In this document: positions 11,601 through 22,081 of the stretch, one piece after another
Position numbering within the stretch: position 1 is the stretch's first letter
Layout: the number at the start of each line of letters is the position of its first letter
Source: Squalus acanthias
Lineage: Eukaryota
Reading direction: 5' to 3'
Length of the DNA stretch: 64,000 nucleotides
NCBI GenBank assembly: GCA_030390025.1
Contig: JASTWF010000344.1
Coordinates: forward strand, 434,001 to 498,000
Notes under the pieces: generated by a model
Seen by the model: the letters and a program-made list of their open reading frames with translations, nothing else
The model's database searches: none
What the model was told of the DNA's origin: nothing
Made by a program: the position numbers and the translations under genes

Positions 11601-14600
11601 CTCGCGGTCAGAGTCTGTCCCTCCTCGGTCAGAGTCTGTCCCTCCTCACGGTCAGAGTCTGTCCCTCCTCACGGTCAGAGTCTGTCCTCCTCACGGTCAG
11701 AGTCTGTCCCTCACGGTCAGAGTCTGTCCTCCTCACGGTCAGAGTCTGTCCCTCCTCATGGTCAGAGTCTGTCCCTCACGGTCAGAGTCTGTCCCTCCTC
11801 ACGGTCAGAGTCTGTCCCTCCTCACGGTCAGAGTCTGTCCCTCACGGTCAGAGTCTGTCCTCCTCACGGTCAGAGTCTGTCCCTCCTCACGGTCAGAGTC
11901 TGTCCCTCACGGTCAGAGTCTGTCCCTCCTCACGGTCAGAGTCTGTCCCTCCTCACGGTCAGAGTCTGTCCCTCCTCACGGTCAGAGTCTGTCCTTCCTC
12001 ACGGTCAGAGTCTTTCCCTCCTCACGGTCAGAGTCTGTCTCTCGCGGTCAGAGTCTGTCCCTCCTCGCGGTCAGAGTCTGTCCCTCCTCACGGTCAGAGT
12101 CTGTCCCTCACGGTCAGAGTCTGTCCCTCCTCGCGGTCAGAGTCTGTCCCTCTCACGGTCAGAGTCTGTCCCTCCTCGCGGTCAGAGTCTGTCCCTCCTC
12201 ACGGTCAGAGTCTGTCCCTCCTCACGGTCAGAGTCTGTCCCTCCTCACGGTCAGAGTCTGTCCCTCCTCACGGTCAGAGTCTGTCCCTCCTCACGGTCAG
12301 AGTCTGTCCCTCCTCACGGTCAGAGTCTGTCCCTCCTCACGGTCAGAGTCTGTCCCTCTCACGGTCAGAGTCTGTCCCTCCTCACGGTCAGAGTCTGTCC
12401 CTCCTCACGGTCAGAGTCTGTCCCTCCTCACGGTCAGAGTCTGTCCCTCCTCACGGTCAGAGTCTGTCCCTCCTCACGGTCAGAGTCTGTCCCTCCTCCG
12501 GTCAGAGTCTGTCCTCCTCACGGTCAGAGTCTGTCCTGCCTCACGGTCAGAGTCTGTCCTCCTCACGGTCAGAGTCTGTCCCTCCGCGGTCAGAGTCTGT
12601 CCCTCCTCACGGTCAGAGTCTGTCCCTCCTCACGGTCAGAGTCTGTCCCTCACGGTCAGAGTCTGTCCCTCTCGGTCAGAGTCTGTCCCTCCTAGCGGTC
12701 AGAGTCTGTCCCTCCTCCGGTCAGAGTCTGTCCCTCGCACGGTCAGAGTCTGTCCCTCCTTCACGGTCAGAGTCTGTCCCTCCTCACGGTCAGAGTCTGT
12801 CCCTCCTCGGTCAGAGTCTGTCCTCCTCGGGTCAGAGTCTGTCCTCCTCACGGTCAGGAGTCTGTCCCTCCTCGCGGTCAGAGTCTGTCCCTCCTCACGG
12901 TCAGAGTCTGTCCCTCCTCACGGTCAGAGTCTGTCCCTCTCACGGTCAGAGTCTGTCCTCTCACGGTCAGAGTCTGTCCCTCCTCACGGTCAGAGTCTGT
13001 CCCTCGCGGTCAGAGTCTGTCCCTCCTCACGGTCAGAGTCTGTCCCCTCACGGTCAGAGTCTGTCCTCCTCACGGTCAGAGTCTGTCCCTCCTCACGGTC
13101 AGAGTCTGTCCCTCGCGGTCAGAGTCTGTCCCTCCCACGGTCAGAGTCTTCCCTCACGGTCAGAGTCTGTCCTCCTCACGGTCAGAGTCTGTCCCTCCTC
13201 ACGGTCAGAGTCTGTCCCTCCTCTCGGTCAGAGTCTGTCCCTCACGGTCAGAGTCTGTCCCTCCTCACGGTCAGAGTCTGTCCCTCCTCACGGTCAGAGT
13301 CTGTCCCTCTCGCGGTCAGAGTCTGTCCCTCACGGTCAGAGTCTGTCCCTCCTCACGGTCAGAGTCTGTCCCTCGCGGTCAGAGCTGTCCCTCCTCAGCG
13401 GTCAGAGTCTGTCCTCTCCGGTCAGAGTCTGTCCCTCCTCGTGGTTAGAGTCTGTCCCTCCTCACGGTCAGAGTCTAGTCCCTCCTCACGGTCAGAGTCT
13501 GTCCCTCCTCACGGTCAGAGTCTGTCCCTCACGGTCAGAGTCTGTCCTTCCTCACGGTCAGAGTCTGTCCCTCCTCACGGTCAGAGTCTGTCCCTCGCGG
13601 TCAGAGTCTGTCCCTCCTCACGGTCAGAGTCTGTCCCTCCTCACGGTCAGAGTCTGTCCTCACGGTCAGAGTCTGCCCTCCTCACGGTCAGAGTCTGTCC
13701 CTCCTCACGGTCAGAGTCTGTCCCTCCTCACGGTCAGAGTCTGTCCCTCCTCGCGTCAGAGTCTGTCCCTCCTCACGGTCAGAGTCTGTCCCTTCCTCGC
13801 GGTCAGAGTCTGTCCCTCCTCACGGTCAGAGTCTGTCCCTCGCGGTCAGAGTCTGTCCCTCCTCACGGTCAGAGTCTGTCCCTCCTCACGGTCAGAGTCT
13901 GTCCCTCACGGTCAGAGTCTGTCCTCCTCACGGTCAGAGTCTGTCCCTCCTCACGGTCAGAGTCTGTCCCTCTCGCGGTCAGAGTCTGTCCCTCCTCACG
14001 GTCAGAGTCTGTCCCTCCTCACGGTCAGAGTCTGTCCCTCCTCACGGTCAGAGTCTGTCCCTCCTCACGGTCAGAGTCTGTCCCTCCTCACGGTCAGAGT
14101 CTGTCCCTCCTCACGGTCAGAGTCTGTCCCTCCTCACGGTCAGAGTCTGTCCCTCACGGTCAGAGTCTGTCCTCCTCACGGTCAGAGTCTGTCCCTCCTC
14201 ACGGTCAGAGTCTGTCCCTCCTCACGGTCAGAGTCTGTCCCTCCTCACGGTCAGAGTCTGTCCCTCCTCACGGTCAGAGTCTGTCCCTCCTCACGGTCAG
14301 AGTCTGTCCCTCACGGTCAGAGTCTGTCCCTCCTCACGGTCAGAGTCTGTCCCTCTCACGGTCAGAGTCTGTCCTCCTCACGGTCAGAGTCTGTCCTCCT
14401 CACGGTCAGAGTCTGTCCCTCCTCACGGTCAGAGTCTGTCCCTCCTCACGGTCAGAGTCTGTCCCTCCTCGCGGTCAGAGTCTGTCCCTCCTCACGGTCA
14501 GAGTCTGTCCTTCCTCGCGGTCAGAGTCTTTCCCTCCTCACGGTCAGAGTCTGTCCCTCGCGGTCAGAGTCTGTCCCTCCTCACGGTCAGAGTCTGTCCC

Positions 14601-16931
14601 TCCTCACGGTCAGAGTCTGTCCCTCACGGTCAGAGTCTGTTCCTCGCGGTCAGAGTCTGTCCCTCCTCACGGTCAGAGTCTGTCCCTCCTCGCGGTCAGA
14701 GTCTGTCCCTCCTCACGGTCAGAGTCTGTCCCTCCTCACGGTCAGAGTCTGTCCCTCCTCACGGTCAGAGTCTGTCCCTCCTCACGGTCAGAGTCTGTCC
14801 CTCCTCACGGTCAGAGTCTGTCCCTCCTCACGGTCAGAGTCTGTCCCTCGCGGTCAGAGTCTGTCCCTCCTCACGGTCAGAGTCTGTCCCTCCTCACGGT
14901 CAGAGTCTGTCCCTCCTCACGGTCAGAGTCTGTCCCTCCTCACGGTCAGAGTCTGTCCCTCCTCATGGTCAGAGTCTGTCCCTCACGGTCAGAGTCTGTC
15001 CCTCCTCACGGTCAGAGTCTGTCCCTGCTCACCGTCAGAGTCTGTCCCTCCTCACGGTCAGAGTCTGTCCCTCCTCACGGTCAGAGTCTGTCCCTCCTCA
15101 CGGTCAGAGTCTGTCCCTCCTCACGGTCAGAGTCTGTCCCTGCTCACTGTCAGAGTCTGTCCCTCCTCACGGTCAGAGTCTGTCCCTCCTCACGGTCAGA
15201 GTCTGTCCCTCACGGTCAGAGTCTGTCCCTCCTCGCGGTCAGAGTCTGTCCCTCACGGTCAGAGTCTGTCCCTCCTCGCGGTCAGAGTCTGTCCCTCCTC
15301 ACGGTCAGAGTCTGTCCCTCCTCACGGTCAGAGTCTGTTCCTCCTCGCGGTCCGAGTCTGTCCCTCACGGTCAGAGTCTGTCCCTCCTCACGGTCAGAGT
15401 CTGTCCCTCGCGGTCAGAGTCTGTCCCTCACGGTCAGGGTCTGTCCCTCCTCACGGTAAGAGTCTGTCCCTCCTCACGGTCAGAGTCTGTCCCTCACGGT
15501 CAGAGTCTGTCCTTCCTCGCGGTCAGAGTCTGTCCCTCCTCACGGTCAGAGTCTGTCCCTCCTCACGGTCAGAGTCTGTCCCTCCTCACGGTCAGAGTCT
15601 GTCCTTCCTCACGGTCAGAGTCTGTCCCTCCTCACGGTCAGAGTCTGTCCCTCACGGTCAGAGTCTGTCCCTCCTCACGGTCAGAGTCTGTCCCTCCTCG
15701 TGGTCAGAGTCTGTCCCTCCTCGCGGTCAGAGTCTGTCCCTCCTCCGGTCAGAGTCTGTCCCTCTCACGGTCAGAGTCTGTCCCTCCTCACGGTCAGAGT
15801 CTGTCCCTCGCGGTCAGAGTCTGTCCCTCCTCACGGTCAGAGTCTGTCCCTCACGGTCAGAGTCTGTCCCTCACGGTCAGAGTCTGTCCTTCCTCGCGGT
15901 CAGAGTCTGTCCCTCCTCACGGTCAGAGTCTGTCCCTCACGGTCAGAGTCTGTCCCTCACGGTCAGAGTCTGTCCCTCCTCACGGTCAGAGTCTGTCCCT
16001 CCTCACGGTCAGAGTATGTCCCTCCTCACGGTCAGAGTCAGTCCCTCGCGGTCAGAGTCTGTCCTTCCTCACGGTCAGAGTCTGTCCCTCCTCACAGTCA
16101 GAGTCTGTCCCTCCTCACGGTCAGAGTCTGTCCCTCCTCACGGTCAGAGTCTGTCCCTCACGGTCAGAGTCTGTCCCTCCTCACGGTCAGAGTCTGTCCC
16201 TCCTCGCGGTCAGAGTCTGTCCCTCCTCACGGTCAGAGTCTGTCCCTCCTCACGGTCAGAGTCTGTCCCTCACGGTCAGAGTCTGTCCCTCCTCACGGTC
16301 AGAGTCTATCCCTCGCGGTCAGAGTCTGTCCCTCACGGTCAGAGTCTGTCCCTCCTCATGGTCAGAGTCTGTCCCTCCTCACGGTCAGAGTCTGTCCCTC
16401 ACGGTCAGAGTCTGTCCCTCCTCACGGTCAGAGTCTGTCCCTCCTCACGGTCAGAGTCTGTCCCTCCTCACGGTCAGAGTCTATCCCTCGCGGTCAGAGT
16501 CTGTCCCTCACGGTCAGAGTCTGTCCCTCCTCACGGTCAGAGTCTGTCCCTCCTCACGGTCAGAGTCTGTCCCTCCTCACAGTCAGAGTCTGTCCCTCAT
16601 GGTCAGAGTCTGTCCCTCCTCGCGGTCAGAGTCTGTCCCTCACGGTCAGAGTCTATCCCTCGCGGTCAGAGTCTGTCCCTTGCGGTCAGAGTCTGTCCCT
16701 CCTCACGGTCAGAGTCTGTCCCTCACGGTCAGAGTCTGTCCCTCATCACGGTCAGAGTCTGTCCCTCCTCGCGGTCAGAGTCTGTCCCTCCTCACGGTCA
16801 GAGTCTGTCCCTCCTCGCGGTCAGAGTCTGTCCCTCCTCACGGTCAGAGTCTGTCCCTCCTCGCGGTCAGAGTCTGTCCCTCCTCACGGTCAGCGTCTGT
16901 CCCTCGCGATCAGAGTTTGTCCCTCGCGGTC
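5662..16931. repeat. 11.3-kb satellite of 23-bp (TCACGGTCAGAGTCTGTCCCTCC) and 20-bp variant units
   Basis: About 500 units by length; 23-aa periodic translation in all three plus frames. Confidence 0.98.
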
Positions 16932-17424
16932 TGTAATGTCACTGCCCCCTGCAGTATTACTGTGCCCACATTTATGGACCAATTTGAACACTCTTGGTGC
17001 CCTCGACCATTTGACAGTGGGAAATGTTTCTGTTGTATCTGGGCATCTAAAGAGCCCACATTTGAGCTTGTGGCAATATGTTGAAAACTGGGGCAAATGA
17101 AACTGGTATCAGAGATAATCATATAAGCAAGATGCAAGGCCCACCTCCTCTTCGCTCCCATTGTGGCGGATCGATACCTAAAACGGGCATAATCCACTCT
17201 TCCGTCTGTGGACAAATTTCCAGCACCTTCCCCTTTAAGGCACATTACCTTTAAGGCAGAAGGGGGCGGGGCCTCAGGTTTTACCCAGAGAATTCTGGGA
17301 GTTTTTCCAGAGAATTCTGGGAGCAATCTCTCAGCCATTTTGTGTGCCATGCAGTGAATTAAAGTTTTCTTGTTTTTCACACATGGATTCAGCCTCCATT
17401 CGTGTTTCGCGGCAGCCTCAACAT

Positions 17425-17438
17425 TGGTGACCCCGACG
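17425..17438 (+). promoter_or_regulatory. Primer-binding site complementary to tRNA-Trp 3' end
   Basis: TGGTGACCCCGACG is the reverse complement of CGTCGGGGTCACCA, one base after the 5' LTR end (CAACA). Confidence 0.9.
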
Positions 17439-17463
17439 CTCAGAACGTATTCCGAGCACTGTA

Positions 17464-20400
17464 ATGGCGGACACGAACGCAGTTTCCGTGAAACTGCCGG
17501 AGTTTTGGGAAAACCAGCCCGAAGCCTGGTTTCTCCAAGCTGAATCTCGCTTCCGGCTGCGAAGCGTCACCACAGATGGGACGAAGTACGACTATCTCGT
17601 CACATCACTCAGTAGCGCCACAGTTTCCAAGGTTTGGACAACGCTGCAGAACCCACCAGAGGAAGGCAAGTACGCACATCTCAGAACAGCGCTCCTTAAA
17701 AATTTACGGCCTCGGCATATCAGCGAAACTGCCACCTCCTCGACCTACCAGGCCTTGGTGATGCCTCACCGTCAGACCTCCTCTCCCACATGCTCTCCCT
17801 CACCGACGAGAGCCCACCCGGATCCCTCTTCCGCACGCTGTTCATCCGCCAGCTCCCTCTCAGCATCCGCCCAGCGATCGTGGCGTCCGGCCTCACGAAC
17901 CTGGAAGCCCTGGCCGATGAGGCCGTCAAGCTGCTGTCCGCTCACTCCAGCCGCGACGTCACTCCGGACCTGGCAGCCAATGCCTGGGCGCGCCCCTCAC
18001 CATCCAGCACATGGCCACAAGGGCCTGTCACCAGGCCCACGGGGCCTTCACGCCCCACTAACCCGGGCCACTGTTATTACCACGCACGGTTCGGCGCCAG
18101 GGCACAACGGTGCACACCTCCCTGCTCTTTCAAGTCTGCCCCCGTTCCAGCCCCCGCGATGCTGTTCGTCACGGATGACAAAACCGGCCGCCGGTTCCTG
18201 TGCGACACTGGGGCTCAGCACAGCATCATCCCGGCCTCCTCCCTCGACATCCAAAAGGGCGAACGAGGACCGGCGCTGGCTGCTGCTAACGGCTCGGAAA
18301 TCCGGACGTATGGCACCCGGACAGTCACCCTCGACCTCGCTGGTCACCGCTACCGATGGGAGTTCATCACTGCCAAGGTGCTCTCCCCCCTCATCGGCGC
18401 AGATTTCCTGTGCGCCCACGGCTTACTGGTAGACATCCCTCGTCACCGCCTCGTGGACATGAACACCATGTCCCCCATCCTGGGCGCCATGGCCCCCCGT
18501 CAACCCGCCGACATGGCGTCACAGTGCCACGCCCGGGCCACGGATGACTACTCGGCACTCCTGGCCGAATTCCCGGCCCTTACCAATCTGACCTTCTCTG
18601 CGGAGGCCGCCAAACACGGGGTGGAACACTTCATCCCCACCACAGGCCCCCCCAGTGTACGCCCACGCCCGCAGGCTGGACCCGGCCAAACTGGAGATCG
18701 CGCGGACCGAGTTTGCCACCATGGAACAACTCGGCATCATCCGCCGCTCCAACAGTCCCTGGGCCTCCCCACTCCACATCGCCCCTGCGGGGATTACCGC
18801 CGCCTCAATGACGCCACCACCCCTGATCGGTACCCCGTGCCGCACATTCAGGACTTCTCGGCTAGACTGGCCGGCCGCTCAGTCTTTTCCAAGGTCGACC
18901 TGGTACGCGGCTACCACCAAGTCCCCGTCCACCCCGCGGACGTCCCCAAGACGGCCGTAATCACCCCCTTCGGCCTGTTCGAGTTCCTGCGGATGCCCTT
19001 CGGCCTCAAAAACGCGGCCCAGGCATTCCAACGGCTCATGGACTCGGTCCTTCGGGACCTGAAGTTCCTGTTCGTCTACCTGGACGACATCCTGGTAGCC
19101 AGTTCCTCCAAGCAGGAACACCTCGAACACCTTCGCATCCTGTTCGGGCGCCTCAGCGACCACGGGCTCATCCTCAGCCCAGCCAAATACCAGTTCGGCC
19201 TGGACAAGATCGACTTCCTCGGCCACCACATCACCCATGCTGGGGCCATTCCCCTGCCCACCAAGGTGCAGGCCGTCCAACAATTTCCCCGCCCCACCAC
19301 CATCAAAGGCCTCCAGGAGTTCCTCGGGATGGTGAATTTCTATAACCGCTTCATCCCCAAAGCGGCGTCCCTCATGAGGCACCTGTATGAAGCCCTCCGG
19401 GGCAGGAGCGGCAAGATGGCGGTCGAATGGATGGCAGACGCGTCCGCCGCCTTCGATTCCACCAAGACCGCGCTCGCCAACGCCACCCTGCTCGCGCACC
19501 CACGGCCCAATGCCAGGGTAGCGCTCACCACGGACGCCTCCGACCACGCGGTCGGCGCCGTGTATGAGCAGTGGGTCGACGGTGCCTGGCAACCACTTGC
19601 CTTCTTCAGCCGCCAACTACGCCCCCCGGAGGTCAAGTACAGCACCTTCGACCGCGAGCTCCTCACGCTGTTCCTGGCGGTCCGCCATTTCCAGTTTTTG
19701 CTTGAGGGCCACCCCTTCACTGCGTTTGTCGACCACAAGCCCCTGACATTCGCAATGGCAAAGACAACTGACCCCTGGTCCGCCAGGCAGCAGCGCCAGC
19801 TCGCGGCAGTGTCCGAGTTCACCACGGACATCCAACACATCTCCGGCCGAGGCAATGTGGTAGCCGACTGCCTCTCCCGCCCCGCCATCCACGCCGCACA
19901 CCTAGCAGTCGACTACGCTCAACTCGCAGCAGACCAGATCACCGACCCTGATCTGCTCTCCGCACCCACCAACCTACCAGGGCTACGCCTGGCAGACGTC
20001 GCCTGTGGCCCGACCGCAGTCACGGTCAAGTGCGACATATCCCTATGTCAACCTCGGCCCGTCGTCCCAGCGTCCTGGCGCCGCCGGGTATTCGACATTC
20101 TCCACAACCTCTCCCACCCCGGCGCCCGCGCATCCATCAAATTGGTAGCCAACCGCTTTGTCTGGCGCGGCCTTCGCAAGGATGTGCGTACTTGAGCCAA
20201 CTCCTGCCTAGCCTGCCAAATGGCCAAGGTACAGCAACACACGAAAGCACCCCTCGAGGAGTTTACCGTCCCCTCGCGGAGATTCGACCACATCCACGTG
20301 GACATCGTCGGGCCCCTGCCGCCGTCGCAAGGCCACACGCACTTGCTGACCATCGTTGACCGCACCACACGCTGGCCTGAGGCAATTCCACTGACCTCTA

Positions 20401-21227
20401 CCACCACCGCCGACATCGCCAGAGCCTTCGTCAGCACCTGGGTCGCACGGTTCGGCGTCCCCTCCGACATGACGTCGGACAGAGGTCCGCAATTTACCTC
20501 TGAACTCTGGACCGCCGTCGCACGCAATCTTGGGGTGACCATTCACCGCACCACAGCGTACCACCCCCAAGCCAACGGACTGTGTGAGCGGTTCCACAGA
20601 TCCTTGAAGGCATCTCTTCGAGCCAGCCTCCAAGACGGCGTCTGGACCGACCGACTTCCGTGGGTCCTCCTCGGCCTGCGCACCGCGGTTAAAGAAGACC
20701 TCCACGCATCGGCAGCAGAGCTCGTGTACAGTCAGCCGCTGCGCGTACCCGGCGAGTTCCTGCCCACCGCCACGACACCCTGGTCAGCCGACCAGCAACG
20801 CCACGACTTTGCCTCACCGGCGCTGCAGTTCGCCCCGGTGCCCATTGCCCGACACGGCGAATCCACCTCACACGTCCCACTAAGCCTGCACCAGGCACGG
20901 TTTGTTTTCATCCGGCACGACGCCCACCGCGGACCCCTTCAACCCCCGTACGACGGGCCCTACAAGGTGCTACAGGCTGGGGACAAATTTTTCACCCTGC
21001 AAGTGGGCGACAGGACCGAAAAAGTGTCGGTGGACCGACTCAAGCCAGCACACTCGGAGCCCGGGGAGCAGGTCCCTGTAGCTCGTCCACCTCCACGCGG
21101 CCGACCTGCCCTCAAGCCGGTTCACCCGGCTGCTCCACGCCCGGCCGTTCCACGTCCACTGGCGTCCTACAAGAGCCGCTCCGGCCGGCCCATCAGACCG
21201 CCGCACCGTCTCGTCCACACCTCCTAA
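17464..21227 (+). pseudogene. Disrupted gag-pol polyprotein
   Basis: Gag VKLPEFW..PEAWF; CX2HX9CX3C at 18072-18125; protease FLCDTGA (18195); RT YLDD (19077-19088); RNase H TTDASD; integrase HHCC/DDE and PYDGPY. Frameshifts near 17700-17725 and 18650-18790; in-frame TGA at 20193. Confidence 0.92.
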
Positions 21228-21654
21228 GCGGATTCTGGGGGGAGCTGTATGGCGGATCGCCACCTAAAACGGGCATAATCCACTCTTCCGTCTGTGGACA
21301 AATTTCCAGCACCTTCCCCTTTAAGGCACATTACCTTTAAGGCAGAAGGGGGCCTCAGGTTTTACCCAGAGAATTCTGGGAGTTTTTCCAGAGAATTCTG
21401 GGAGCAGTCTCTCAGCCATTTTGTGTGCCATGCAGTGAATTAAAGTTTTCTTGTTTTCCACACATGGATTCGGCCTCCATTCGTGTTTCGTGGCAGCCTC
21501 AACATCCTTCCCATTCAGTTCCATCAGGTTATTGGGCATCTGGTGTTTTGTAACGGTTTCAGTTCCTTACCCAGAAAAGTTTGTTGTTAAATTTAAAAAT
21601 GAAACCTTCAGTACTGGAAATTGATGACGGGAGATTCTGGAATTTGCAAAATCA

Positions 21655-21787
21655 GCCACAGCTTCCTGTATGAAACCTTGCGCCAATTTCCCTTTTTACA
21701 GCGACAAAATTGAATTTGTTCAAAAGCTCAGGCTTATTCTGTTTGTGCAAGAGAGCCGATATTGAGGGTGAAATCTTGTGTGATCAG
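21655..21787 (+). promoter_or_regulatory. Candidate non-coding first exon/promoter of LRRC25
   Basis: Strong donor CAG|GTAAGG at 21787/21788; ETS core CTTCCTG at 21662; LRRC25 ATG exon is preceded by an acceptor, so an upstream exon is expected. Confidence 0.35.
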
Positions 21788-22081
21788 GTAAGGGAGCGAT
21801 TCCACATTCCTCCTCTTACTGAGGGGAGACCTGACGCTTCTTTGTTCTGATGATTTTATGATTTAAGTATTTGCCATTTTCCCTCTGTAATTCACAAGGT
21901 TTCCAGCCTAACTCTGGATTCCTTTCTCCCTCACTGTGTCTTCCCCAGCCCCTCACAGCTGCTGAGTGAGACCATCGCTCTGAATCACACCCTCGCAGCA
22001 CTTGCTCCCTGGAATGGTGTATCAGTGTGTGCAACATGGAGCTGGCAGATTGTCAGAAAAACCAGACTGCAGAACTATTGT

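Larger units (their letters stand above)
17162..21504 (+). mobile_element. Full-length but defective Ty3/Gypsy LTR retrotransposon, CsRn1-like clade
   Basis: LTRs 17162-17423 and 21248-21504; PBS TGGTGACCCCGACG; PPT GGGGGGAGCTG; gag-PR-RT-RH-IN order. Confidence 0.95.

Noticed and set aside
5554..17100. Very long ORFs (up to 1233 aa) of RVCPSSRSESVPPHGQSLSLL repeats
   Set aside because: The satellite unit lacks stops in all three plus frames; no frame preference or splice structure.
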